This document shows positions 11,959-24,300 of a DNA stretch of 64,000 bases, one piece after another (position 1 is the stretch's first letter; each line of letters starts with the position of its first letter). Source of the stretch: Phoronis australis (lineage: Eukaryota > Animalia > Phoronida); the NCBI GenBank assembly GCA_002633005.1, contig NMRA01000001.1, positions 3,083,695 to 3,147,694 of the forward strand. Direction: 5' to 3'. The position numbers and the translations under genes were made by a program. A model generated the notes under the pieces. That model ran no database searches. It was not told where the DNA came from and saw only the letters and a program-made list of their open reading frames with translations.

Positions 11959-14706
11959 TTATGGCAATTTGCATCCAGACTCTCTGAAGATATTCTAATT
12001 TACATATCATTACAGATGAAACAACAATTTGCACATCAAATGTTGCAAATGAAACGGAGAGAATGTTACACCAAAAATGACTTGTATAAATATAATCAAC
12101 TTCAAATAGCCCACACAATTCATTTTAGATTTATCTGCAACAAGCTTGAAGATAAAAACCTCTGTGCTTGGAGAATGTCGCAATAAAACTCTCGACACAT
12201 GCACCAACTCGGTTTAACCACTTGAGACTTCACTGAAGCCATGGGAGCTGAGAAGACTGTCAATCAAATTAGCCAATTAACAACATTTCCCAGTGCCTAT
12301 TGGATTGAGAAAACTTAGAAAATGAGGTGCAATCACTAAAAATGCTCTTTTGTTAATTGTCAGTGGATTGCTGTGAAACCTATTAGGTAAAAATGTATTG
12401 TTTTATGATATTTTAAAATCATAACATCATACATAAAGGCAGGTACTCACCAAGTATAGTGTTGAGAATATTTCAAGTTAAAAATGCATATTAACGGTCA
12501 ATGAATTAAAATGTTTTGGTTGATCATGTCCTGCCTCACTACATACCTCATCTGACATTTCAAACTTCGATTTCAAGTCTGAATATTAGTCAATTAAACC
12601 TTGACGTCAGACAATCTAGCAAGATGCCATTTCATCAATTGCTATTCAACAAGTAAGCGAAGAACAGAAATTTCGTCAATTTTTTTAAATCAAAAAATTG
12701 GATTTGGCAAGGGATCAGTGGCAAAAGTGTTCATAATGTTGAAAAATTGTAAAACTAGGTCAAGAAGGTTCAAGTGCCAATAGGTGTCTGTGGAAGGGAA
12801 TGAGCGAGTCACCAGAGGTGAGTATTAGCAGTGAATGAGTTCAGTGAGGCTAAATGCAGGTAGAATTTCTGAGTTGAGAGTCGGCTAAACATCTAGGCCT
12901 CTCACACAACCAGCACAGTCTCATTATCTCACATTCAAAACATGCGCGCCTAATAAAATTATAGCTGGGCGTTGCATCTTTTGCCTAATGGATGACTGAG
13001 TAGTTGGGGAATATTTGTTTTTAAATTGCTTGTTTCATACACGCAACTTTGTACGGACAATGGGACTGTGCGAACAGTGGTCTGAAAACAGCATATTGGA
13101 AACTCATACATACAAAGTCATATAACATACACGAAACATTGGAGTGTAGACAGGACTAAACACGTGCGTGATTATTTTGATTGAAGTTACATTTATGGTA
13201 AAAACTCACCATTTAGGATGCTGCAATTGACATGGTGGAGAGATAAAATTTTAGTTTGTAGTTGTTTCATTAATGATAAGTAGCATTAAAGTAATGTTTT
13301 CCCGCTTTCACGTTTTACATGGTAGCTGCCATCAGATGAATGTTTCGAAACATTACCTGCGTGCGCATTCACCACAATCCTAGTAGGCTTTGACACATGA
13401 AGGACGGGAAATGCTGGATATTATTTTTGAACAGATTTTAGGATAAGATGCAAAATGTATTCGAATTACAATCAACATATCACATACAGCCACGATGGCG
13501 TTCAAGACGAGTTTAAACAGTTTGTTTCAATTTTACGAGCATCCTATTATACATCCCTAATACTGTGGCTGGCAAACAAGTCCATCAAAGTAAATCCTCT
13601 AGAGACAGTTGCTTTCAATCTAAGTCCGATCTAACTAATTTCAGGTTGTTTTCAGAGGCTGGTCAAACTGTATGTTTGAAGTTAATTTTATAAATCGAGA
13701 ACAGCTATGCAGCATAAAACTATAAGAAATTTGCCCATATGAAGCAAGAACATTTCCTTACACAAAATTATACTAATTTGATGAAGATTCATGGAAAACT
13801 GAATCAGTCATCAACATTGGATGAGAAAATGTTGTTAAGATTATGTAGAACCTTATTCACAAGCCTGCACATCTAGTCAAATAACTACAAAATTATGAAT
13901 TTAACTCAGCAAAAGCATATGTATTTTCTGAAAGCAGAAATTCCGTTGATTGTTGATCTTATACCAATCTGCCATTAATAAACTCACATGACCATGCATT
14001 TAGTAAAATTTAGCAAAACAACGGAATCTATTTCATGATTAAATTTTGCATGTGATATAAATGCTCAAGATAAAATCTCAAAAACGCTGTTGCAATTTTC
14101 TAAATCATCAATTCGTTTTAATTTTATACAATTACTTTAAATTTTTTTCACAACAATCATTTACTTAAGTCGTTTTTTGATATTCTCTCATGCAAAAGTG
14201 CAACACTTTCAAAACAAGTCCTAAAGATTTTTCGTAACACTAAATAAAGCATCTGAAAGTTTCATGTGACACCAGTCGACCAATTCTGACACACGATGTT
14301 CAAAGTTGCCCAAAATTGAAAATTTTTCTACAGTCCTACATTACGTAACCTCAAGTTCACACATTTTTAAAAACTTTTATAGTTTAGACTAAAATATTTT
14401 GCCAGTTTCTTTGATTCAGGACAGTCCCTCAAGTCTCGACTGTGTCCAAAAATTATCAAGAATGTGAATACTGCACAATGAGAATTCCGTTTGCATTAGT
14501 ATTTATGGATTTTGCATTTTACTAATTTTTCAGACACCAATTACACAGCATTTCTCTCAGACTACTAAATCTTAAAGTTTGAATTCATGTGCAGATATGA
14601 TCTTAAATTCCTGGGAAAATAAAGTTTCCAAAATTGCCAAATTTTCACCTGTTAGAATCTCTGCTTCTGGTAAGAACATGTAGGTGGTAATATGGTTTGC
14701 ACTTAC

Positions 14707-16987
14707 TAGATTTTTCCTTGACCACTCCAATCGCAGGCTCCTGTGACAAGCGCTGACCTCTGAACTTTGCTAGATGTTCCGTTTCAATTTGTCGGGCATA
14801 GGCTTCGTCCATGGGCTGCCACGTTCCATGGTAAAACCAGGTGCCTCGCATAATATCTATGGAGTCCGCTATTGAAAAAAGTGAAAATGTTGGTAAAAGA
14901 AAAATATAATTAACATACAGAAAATCATTAGAATCTGAAATACTTCAAAAAATTGCAAAATCAACAACAAACTATTCTTTGTTTCAAAAGAGGGGGAGTG
15001 ACACAAGTAAATAACATTTACTAAATTCTTTCTTTTAAATGGACAAGGGTGTCACTTGAATGCCAGAGTTTCAAGAACTTTCGTGCTTCGATTATTTGGC
15101 CAATTTTTGCCCTATCAATTCCTAGCTGTGACATTAAGTACTGTAATACACAACTAACAGACAGGGTGAGCCACTGTCTGCACCAGCTTTTGCATGGTCT
15201 ACACCCTCCTAAGTGGGTTTAACCAGTTGGCTAAATAATGCTTCTGTGCAAAAAGGAATTACCATAAAATATAGCACATATCTACGGAGCTCTAAAAATG
15301 ATAACACTGCTGTCTCAACTGGGACAGCAAAGCTGGCTCTAAATACCTTGTAGCGTACTATGAGCATGTATTGGTTGAAAGATAACCCAGTCCTGAAATC
15401 GAACCATGGACCTACCAAGTGAAAGACTATGGCTCAAGCCATTCAGCTAAAGGCCAATCCCTTAATAGCCGAGTTTGTTTTAGCCTAGTCATCTATTATT
15501 AGCACTGACAAGAAATGTCATCAGTATAAAGAAAGTCATTTCGCAGAGCATCAATTTCACATTCCTCACAAGCATACGAAATGACCAGAAGATAACAATG
15601 AATCCTGCACCTTGGAACAAAGACTGCCCACAGTTAATTTTAAGTCTCTCTGTGCACACCACTTCAAGGCCGGGAACTTCACCAATGGCGACACAAGTAA
15701 CACAGACCTTCTCTACGTGACAGGCTACATATGGCCCTGACTATTCAGCTGAAGGCCAATCGGCCAAGTTTAAGCCCAGTTGATCATCTTTACCATTGAC
15801 AGGAATTGAAATCAGCACAGGGGCAAGTCACCTGATAGAGCATCTACTCTCACCAGAGGTGGTGGCACACGCTCAGTACACCGGAAGATTTTCTACAAAT
15901 TACACTAAAGCCTCGCTAAACTATAAAAGTCGCATTACTACATGAACCTCGCTGGATACCTTTGGAACCAATTGTAATCTTTAATCATTCCAGTCTGATT
16001 ACATACTCCTGCAATCAACATTTTTTCCAAACAGTCCTTTGTTCTGTCAACAAAATCATTAACTGAGCCATTCTGTTATGATTGCATCACTGTGCCCTGT
16101 CTATAGAGCAAGGAGTGCAGCTTTTATGGCCATGCATCAAGATAGATCTTCCTGACCTTGGGAGTGAGGCAATCACTAATGCAACTACACTGTTGATTAG
16201 CCAGAATTTGTTAATACGGTAAACTTGGCCACAAAGTTCGCTACTCTCGTACGGGGACAAAATGGCATTTATCAATGACTTCATTGAAAGCGAAGATGTG
16301 TTGGAAAGAAATTTTAATTACTAAGGCCTTTGTTCCAGTTTGGAAAAATTTAAAGACATCGACGGCAATGAAAACTACTTGCAGCAATGGTTTAGCCAGT
16401 TTGAAGCATAAATATGCCAAAAAGCTTCTAGCATATGGCAATTCTATGGGATTGCCGCAAGTTTCAATCGCCTATTCAGACCATAGTAATGATTACTCTA
16501 GCAAACATTAGACTGAGGTGGTAACTTTACCTGTCCAATAAATTGCAAAACACTTGCGAGACACAACATCGACTTCATACAGTCCACCTCTGACAACAAT
16601 CAGTTCAATATTATCTTCATTTATGTGACTATCTCTGTGTCTCAACTCCCTGTATTTGCACTCAATTCTCAAGGAATCATATCCAATGAACGGTTTCCAG
16701 TTTTTATTCTGTTCGTCTCTGTAAAACCATCTAAGTTCTTCTGGTCTCAATTCTTCCACAAATTCGGTTTTCGGGAAGAGGTGTTTAGTATTTTTAGGAG
16801 GAGGAGGTCTTTTTGGTTGCACTCGACTCCCCCTCGACGAACCGGACGCGGAACTGCGGTGGGAACCGTCACTGTCATACTCGTCCTCATAAAAGGCTGG
16901 AGGACTTTCACAGTTTCTTAGTGGGTCGTATGGCTCGCGATCAGGTGAGTTGAAACTACTACTGTCCGTCGGCGATGCAGGAAACAT
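14707..16987 (-). CDS. DDHD1: Phospholipase DDHD1 (PA-PLA1) orthologue, coding exons 1-2 only (16987-16531, 14868-14707); gene continues beyond left window edge
   Basis: Translation EELRPEELRWFYRDEQNKNWKPFIGYDSLRIE...VVRGGLYEVDV...AIYWT/ADSIDIMRGTWFYHGTWQPMDEAYARQIETEHL matches the DDHD1 N-terminal region (ELGPEEVRWFYKEDKKTWKPFIGYDSLRIE...VRGGLYEVDV...MRGQWFIDGTWQPL). GT-AG sites and phase are consistent. No further exon recognised in 1-14706. Confidence 0.93.
15385..15460 (-). mobile_element. tRNA-derived SINE head (degenerate partner near 15700-15770)
   Basis: The - strand has A box TAGCTGAATGG and B box GGTTCGATTTC; the CATTCAGCT(A/G)AAGGCCAATC-like motif recurs at ~15743. Confidence 0.5.
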
Positions 16988-16989
16988 CA

Positions 16990-17650
16990 CAATCGTTTAA
17001 ATCATGTGCATCTCATCAGACAGTAAATTCGCCGATACATTTTAAGTCAACTTCGCTTCCAGCAGACGTCCTTGACCTTACCCTATGCTCCAGACAACAG
17101 TGCTCAAAATGTACTCGTATTTCAAACAAACGCTTACCTAATTAAAATATCCCAAAAATAGATACATAAATCAATAGATTAAATACTATAACGACTATAA
17201 CGACAATTGTTTCTCAAAATATCTGATAAAAATATTAAATCTCATATTTCGAAAGTAAATTAAGAATCAATTTTAAATTCATGCTTGAAAAAGAGAGACG
17301 AACTAAACTTCGTCAACTATATTTTTGTAAGTGGCAGTAAAGCAATCCTTTGTTTATGAATACTCGAAAATGCGATTACGAATTAACCAGCATTGTGTTT
17401 AGTATTAAACAAATATCAGAATATGCACACACTTTTGATGTCGCAATAAGTCCAAAGTACGGTGTGTATTCTAAGAATTTGAATCGTTCAGTCATTGGCC
17501 CATGTCAGCTGGGAATGTTGATTTTGTATCGGGTGGGGCGTTTCATTTTCGGTTTCGAATCGTATATTGATTGTCTTGTCCAAATTGGAGCTACAGTACG
17601 CATTTGAATCGACATCCAAATTCTGTGGTCAACTACATGTCATCATGTGA
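16990..17650. promoter_or_regulatory. Probable bidirectional promoter, DDHD1 (-) / SMIM12 (+)
   Basis: Head-to-head arrangement within ~650 bp; locally CpG-rich; ATTGG boxes near 17494 and 17584; GC box GGGTGGGGCG at 17531; + strand donor at 17647. Confidence 0.55.
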
Positions 17651-17784
17651 GTGGTTAATACTAACAATGGACTACTTAATGCTATAGGCCTACTACTAAC
17701 TAGTTTTACTTTACTATTAGTAAACTCCCTTTATTATGCTTCAAAACCTCCAAGAGTCTCGTAATTGTTAATGCAATTTCAAAG

Positions 17785-17898
17785 TTCAGCAATAGTTGGA
17801 TAGGTGGGTCCCTGACTAAAATTGACTTGAGAATCAGTTACTTGGCCTACCACTGAGTAACTGGTTCTCAAATCAGGGACATGGCCATGTATCTGACT
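17785..17898. repeat. Short palindromic element, copy in SMIM12 intron 1
   Basis: GGATAGGTGGGTCCCTGA...TTGAGAATCAGTTACT / AGTAACTGGTTCTCAAATCAGGGAC; same family as 36261-36385. Confidence 0.75.
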
Positions 17899-18242
17899 TC
17901 AAATTTCTTTCTTTAAGTTTGTAATTAAGATGTATACAGATGTTTACCCATGGTCTTGGCTAGTATGATTACCTCAGCAGTGCATGTAGTTTTTATAAGT
18001 TAATTCTGTATAAATCTGTAGTGATGAAATTTTGATAGGACCAAAAAAGACCAATCGATTAGAATTTGAAGTTAAGGGATGCATTAGCTAAAATTAATAT
18101 TGGCCCTAGGTCTTGACTAGGATTATTCCCATCCGCAGATTAAGATTACATGCTTCCTTTAGCGTACGCTATGCCACTGCTGGTCTTCTTCTAAAAATTA
18201 AGACACCCTTGCTATAGATATCGATTTGGATGCCTACGTAAA

Positions 18243-18367
18243 GTAAGCATTGGTATCTCTTTTAAGTTGTTAACAGCAAGTCTGTGAGTTCATTGGCCTG
18301 CATGTAAGCATTGGTATCTCTTTTAAGTTGTTAACAGCAAGTCTGTGAGTTCATTGGCCTGCATGTC
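18243..18367. repeat. Tandem duplication, 2 x ~61 bp
   Basis: GTAAGCATTGGTATCTCTTTTAAG...CATTGGCCTGCAT occurs twice, nearly identical. Confidence 0.9.
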
Positions 18368-19059
18368 CAGAATAAAAAAGTTAGTTGAGATATGGTACAA
18401 GAAGATAATGTCAGCTTACTATTGGAGACCCATGTCTCTGAAGTAACATATTGCTGTGACAGCATTTTAACTTAGAGTCAGAAAAATGCAATCGCATGTC
18501 GTTGGTCATCATGAAAATCCTGAAAATTGGGAAAACTAGTTTAGATGCCCTTCTTGAAATTCTAGATGAACATTCATTTATGCAAAAACACTTTTAGATT
18601 ACATGCAAGGCAATATTTTCTGGAATTACTTCATTTTTGAAACACTGAGAACAATTTATATTTGGCTCAAACAGACATACTTGGAATGATAGTGTCTACC
18701 TTCCATAGTGTTTATAATGCTGGCTTTCACGCTACACAAAGTTAGCTCTGACACTTAACCACAATTGTAAATAAATGTCCTTTTTGGTTGAGTCTTGGTC
18801 TTGATACCAAACTGTGTTCTGGCTATGCAAATGTTTTAATCCACCAGTGTCTTCTTGGTTACCAGGGGTTCACTATTGAGGTTCCTTTCAGAACGGAATT
18901 TTTCAATTTTTTTTCAATTCTCGCACTAACATGGGCATGGCAGCATGGTAGTCAGGATTATGAATCTCATGGAAAATTGTCACCATGTTTATGTGAACCA
19001 TATTGCTATTTCTTTAACTTTTGTTTCAGGACCTGCATTTTGAGAACTTTGACTAACAA

Positions 19060-19320
19060 ATGTGGCCAGTAGTTATTGGTGTTCTGAGGAAGTATGCTCC
19101 TTACGTGACATTTCCCGCTGCTCTCGTCATTGGTGTCATTGGATACAACATCGAGAACTACGTGCGCAAAGACGGGACACCGATCAAGAAACAGAGCATT
19201 CAAGAGGAGAGAGCTGATCGGATTTTACAACGAGACAAGTGTGTAGATTGCAACGACATTTCTAGCTTGAAAGAAGACAAACCGAAACGGGGAAATACAA
19301 TTTTTCATAAGAACGCCTAG
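19060..19320 (+). CDS. SMIM12: Small integral membrane protein 12 (86 aa, single coding exon)
   Basis: [32 protein letters not shown]...SIQEERADR closely matches SMIM12 ([32 protein letters not shown]...SISERREDR). Acceptor ttttgtttcag ends at 19029; probable non-coding exon 1 ends at 17646 (donor GTGAGT). Confidence 0.93.
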   Translation: [86 protein letters not shown]

Positions 19321-19352
19321 AGTGGATCAAGCTGAGTTGATTTGAAACTAAT

Positions 19353-20141
19353 ATGGCTGGTGTTGATGTCGGACAGGCTGGAGCATCCACATTCAGCTGT
19401 TGGAAGTTTGAACGTGGAGAATGGAAGTCTGCTTCGCTGACTATTGATAAAATGGTGGTACAGTGTACATGCCATAATGATGATTTGTACATAATGTCTC
19501 GGAATATCCGTTATTTCATTACAGATGTTGACGACTTATTTGAGAAAAGTGAAGTTGGCAAGGCCATTCAGATGTCTTACGTTGCCGGTAACTCCTATCT
19601 GCGATTATTTCTAATGATAAGAAATGATGAATTCCAGTCGGTTGTCAGTTTGTTGACAGAAGTTCACAATCGAAAGCCTATTGACCATCAAATTCAGGTG
19701 GACTTGCTATTACGTGGGTACGTGAACAACGTGTCCATGACGCAGCGCTATTATGCTGAGCTTGACGAGGAAGCGTTCATCATGTATCGTCATGAGACCG
19801 ATGCCAAGCCTATGAAAATATTTTTCTTTTACAGCGAGGCGTTCGAAAATGTTGTTGAACGCATTTGTCTTATAAAGACGGATATCCTCAAGATTGATTA
19901 TTACGGGCAACAAGCGGCACTTCAATTGCAGGTGGAGACTGAGGCATGGAAAACAGCGTTACCCTTGATTAAACCATTGCCAAAGTTCAACTTTCTTTAT
20001 CAACGTGGAATACCTAATGATATACCAGAGGCACAGGGACTCACTAGCATTCCAATCCCCAACATGGAAGTTAAGTACACAGAAACAGAAAACTACCAAG
20101 ATTCGCTGNTTACATACACGAGTGGAGTCAGTCAAGTCTAA
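19353..20141 (+). CDS. Uncharacterised intronless 262-aa protein with a PH-like domain (possibly two)
   Basis: Longest ORF in the window, strong start context (aatATGG). LLRGYVNN...QRYYAELDEEAFIMYRHETDAKPMKIFFF...ETEAWKTAL follows the PH beta-strand pattern and the C-terminal helix Trp. An N at 20109 makes the last ~10 residues uncertain. Confidence 0.7.
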   Translation: MAGVDVGQAGASTFSCWKFERGEWKSASLTIDKMVVQCTCHNDDLYIMSRNIRYFITDVDDLFEKSEVGKAIQMSYVAGNSYLRLFLMIRNDEFQSVVSLLTEVHNRKPIDHQIQVDLLLRGYVNNVSMTQRYYAELDEEAFIMYRHETDAKPMKIFFFYSEAFENVVERICLIKTDILKIDYYGQQAALQLQVETEAWKTALPLIKPLPKFNFLYQRGIPNDIPEAQGLTSIPIPNMEVKYTETENYQDSLXTYTSGVSQV

Positions 20142-20578
20142 TGACCTTAATGTCTACCCTGGTGACAGTGAATAATAGTTGTAACATGCAGATTTCAAAG
20201 GAGGCTGCATGAAGATGAATCGCGCTTTGGCCCAGCTGCCAAGACAGAAAATTAATGGTTGGTGGAACTTGTGTTATGCAACGATTGCCCAACTACCAGA
20301 ATAGTTATACACTCAGGTGTCATCAGGGAACAATTCTCCCGTAAACTTTACCATGCAGGTGGACAGCAAGCTCTACATTCTTTATCTAGATAACTCTTTA
20401 TGGATTGGCGCTGCTATATATGTTTGTGTGAGGGAAGATGTTGTTTTAGGCAACAGATATAAAATCATCAATTAAATTTATTACTGGATTTTCACTTGTA
20501 CTCATTAGCACCGGACATTTGCATACAAAATCACATCTCCAGAGTGTGTACACATTATGTAATGTACATTAAATGAAT

Positions 20579-21080
20579 CAGGGCTTGGAATTTTCCGCGG
20601 AAACGCGGATTTCCGCTTTTTTCAAATGTTCTGTCCGCGTATTTTATAATATTTCCGCGTAAAAAAAAATCTGATTTGATATAAATTTCCGCGGCAAATT
20701 CCTTTCTTACCGCGGCGTTGCAGACGACATTCACCTTGAAAAGCAGAAGTTGCTCTTTATGTTTCGGAGGAACGTGAATTGTCAACATTGCCGGGGCATC
20801 TGGGACAGCGTGGTGGGATTCTCAATGGCGTCTCGTGTTATTGTTAAGTGCGGCGACAAATACTACCGCTCTGCAGCCAAAAATGAGTGGGTTGGGAGTG
20901 GACGAGCGAGCTAAAAGGACGCAGACGCATGCTACTGATGGTGGTAACGCTTTTTTTTGTCCCGATTTTTGTCGGGGAAAGGTTCACATTGATCATTTCA
21001 AGGCTGGTTAGCAGGCATGATTTGAGCCGTAAAAGTTTCAAAGTTTCCGCGTTTTTTGTCATTGGTCATTCCAAGCCCTG
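20579..21080 (+). mobile_element. hAT-like MITE copy 1 (13-bp TIR, 6-bp TSD ATGAAT)
   Basis: CAGGGCTTGGAAT...ATTCCAAGCCCTG termini; ATGAAT on both flanks; highly similar to 45743-46251. Confidence 0.9.
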
Positions 21081-21341
21081 ATGAATAAATTACAGGTCAG
21101 TGTCAACACTGTACTGAACAGATGGATAGTTCAGACTTCTGACTAATGCTATTAAGCCATGCGCATCATAGTTACAGTTGTGAAGTCCTTCAAGGGGATG
21201 CCCCTGGCAAAGTGTACCATAACAAAAAATTCAGGTATTGAACCTGAATATTGCTATGAGATGAGCTAGAGTTCATTCATCCATCTCAGGGGGGGTGGGG
21301 AGTCTGCCATCCTGCCTCTCAATTCACAGCATAGGTCTTGC

Positions 21342-24300
21342 TCAACTTGGTTGAAATGTTTCCAACACGTCACCATGAGAATTCCAAATCTTGTAGTCAT
21401 TGGTGACATATTCTGAAACTGAATGCAAAGTATTTTTGATATAATAGTGATCAGAATTCTAGCATTAAATTGCCACATTTTTGGGGGAAATAAAAACTGA
21501 TAATGGTTCAAAAGTAAACATGGGACTTCTCCAAAAAGAATTTAGCGGCAATGACCTGCTGACTCACAAGTAATTTGCAATCTCGTGCATTATTTGGGGG
21601 TTGCTTTGAAGGTATTACTTTGGTTTCCTATAAAGAAATGAGAAAATTATGAGATTTAACAGCCATGAGCATAGGAATAGATCATAGTCCTGGGCCAACA
21701 AGAACCAAGTGATTTTCATACAGTCTGGCTTACATTATAGTGAGGTTGTCAAGGTATTTGTGTTGACCCAGTTGGATTTTAGACAACTCCCAATGTATCT
21801 GATATCTAATTAAAAGCCTTCACCACATGTGATTATCACAAATAATTTTGAAATCAAAGTTGCTATTTAAAGGTATTAAGGACATTGAAGACATTTCAAT
21901 AAAACATTTACAGCTCATACATTTAGTAAATCTTGACTTTGCCAGAAGTCATGACACACGGATAACCTGACAAAATGTTTAGTGTAAGTAAAATATCACC
22001 ATCTTCAGATCTAAGAGTTGCATAAAATATAGTGCTCAAAGTTAATTGACCATACACGCTTTGAGGGCTGTTCCAGTAAAATCTGTATGGGAGGGGGGGA
22101 AGGCACCTTTTTTCACACCCACCACCCATATTTTTCATTTATTTCTTCAGTCTACCACCCGTAATTTTTTATAAGTTTGAAATGCAACCACCCGTTATTT
22201 TTTTTTTGTTCTTGTGGTTGACTGCATAGGCGCTTGAGTTTATCTGTTCCTCCATCACCACTAACGTCATTCATTACTAAGAAAACATATGTTTCATATA
22301 TATGTTTATTAGCCATCGAGAAATTCGAGCACCTGTGGTTAAATGGTGTTATGGGCATGCCGATGAGGAGATCGGAGGGAGTGAAAAAGTCGGAGCTCTT
22401 TGCAAGTTGCATTTTTGTTTCAGTTTTTGATTCTGTGCAGATTGTTTATAAAATTTAATAAAATTACCCACCATCAAACATTTATGGCCCAATGAAACAA
22501 CAACGACCTGTAAATTTTAATTTTTTTGAAGTACAACCACCAGCCATTTTGAATTTAAATCAAACGCAACCACCCATAAATTTTTATTTCAGTTGCCTTC
22601 CCCCCCTCCCACACAGTTTTTGCTAGAACAGCCCTGAGGGATTCTCCGCAATGACCGTACTCATCTAGACCGCAACGTTTGTCACAACCAGGACAAGACA
22701 GAAGGCAAGAAACAGCACCAAGTACCTGTAGTGATCTTGACCTTTGTAGGGGGTGCCACGCTGACTGATTTCTGGTCAATACCACATCCTGTTTGAGTGT
22801 AATCAGTCATCTTAAAAAATACCTACAAGATACAGAACCTACATCATGCAAATGTTACAAGTGATATGACATTGTATTCATAATAAAAATTATTCACAAG
22901 CCCACAAATACGCAGTAGATTTAGGGAACTTAGTCGAGTCCCTATTTGGGACTGTTTCATGCAACGGGCACAGAGCAGCTCTACTAAGATGGCTTAGTTT
23001 AGAATCAACCTGAAAATTTAATCTGGGACTATCACCAGTAGCCATTGGTGATTTGCGATTGTTTTCTCTAATGTTTTACCTGAGCATAGGAGTTTTGGCC
23101 CACACAAAAAGAATCTTCTGAGGGAAACCCATGAGACTTGTCTGGGTTATACTCATCAAAGTGTATGGTGGCCTTTAACACACACTCAAAGCTCTTTGGA
23201 AACTTCTGACCTGTTTGTACCGCAAAAATGAACATTTGTCACAATCAGGACTTTAAAGAACAATATCTGGCAAAATAAATCCATACATACAAACTACCAT
23301 GCAGTACGGAGGACAACATTCAGCTTTCTTTCATGTATTCAAAATAGTGGAATACTTTCCAGGGATTTCTATAAATTCTTTGCGACCATCACGCCATCAG
23401 ATTGTCATCTTTGTGTGGTGGAATTATGATATGATTCGCACAAAAATGTCCAATATCTCAAAATGTCCGTGAACTTGACCCATCTTGGACACCAGAATTA
23501 AAAAATGAGTCATGCAAAAGATTTCCGTTTTCTCACAATGCTAATGGGTTGTATGAATTAGTAACATGCAGCTAATAATTGAACTTTGACCCATATGCTG
23601 CTATATGCCATTATTACTTTACCTATTGTCCAACAGAGGGTTCTTACATCAATTGGTGACTGGCTGACTGTACCACTGGATGGGTTAGCCTCTATTTGTT
23701 TAATTGCTCCTCTAGAAAACAAAAAGAAACATTCATGTGGGATGCCTCACAACCAGGACAGCCAGGACCACACGGGAGGTCTCATAATCAGTGTTCTTTA
23801 ATCATTCTTTTGAGCATGTGTTTTTTACAATCATCAAAACTGAAAAAGAAGAGAATTGAAAGAACTGCATTCGTGATAACAGAAAATTTATGAGAAATAA
23901 AGATTGGCTTTCTTGAAATCACATTTTACATTGGTTTATATGGAAATTGAATTTACAAATTAGCAAGCTCATGTTGGTTGAAAAAGAAAAATAGTTCATT
24001 TTCCAAAAATGATTAACCGACACTAATTGAGGGTCATTTAATTATATGTCATTTAATTATATGTAATTACAATGTTGTGTGGCCAATGGTTAAACACAAC
24101 GAAAGACTGAATGAAGATTTTTTAAATACACTCGGCAACTTGTCAGTTAATGATTATCAATATTAATATAAGGATATTAATGACCAATTAGAATAATGAT
24201 GATTAGAAGAAATTACCATCATGATCTCCAGTGGTTCTCAACTGTTGTTGTTATATATGCGGACCAGAATTTTCCTGTGGAACTACTAAAACATTAACAT

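Noticed and set aside
16625-16921. Antisense ORFs over exons (also 37478-37912, 58267-58623, 62670-62990, 63424-63681)
   Set aside because: Shadow frames opposite real coding exons, with no independent support.
19060-20141. Stop-codon readthrough fusion of SMIM12 and ORF2
   Set aside because: The ORFs are in different frames (offset 293 nt), and ORF2's frame has a TGA at 19338.
20555-21081. Paralogous short ORFs here and at 45699-46284
   Set aside because: They lie inside two copies of a non-autonomous MITE, and their frames differ between copies.
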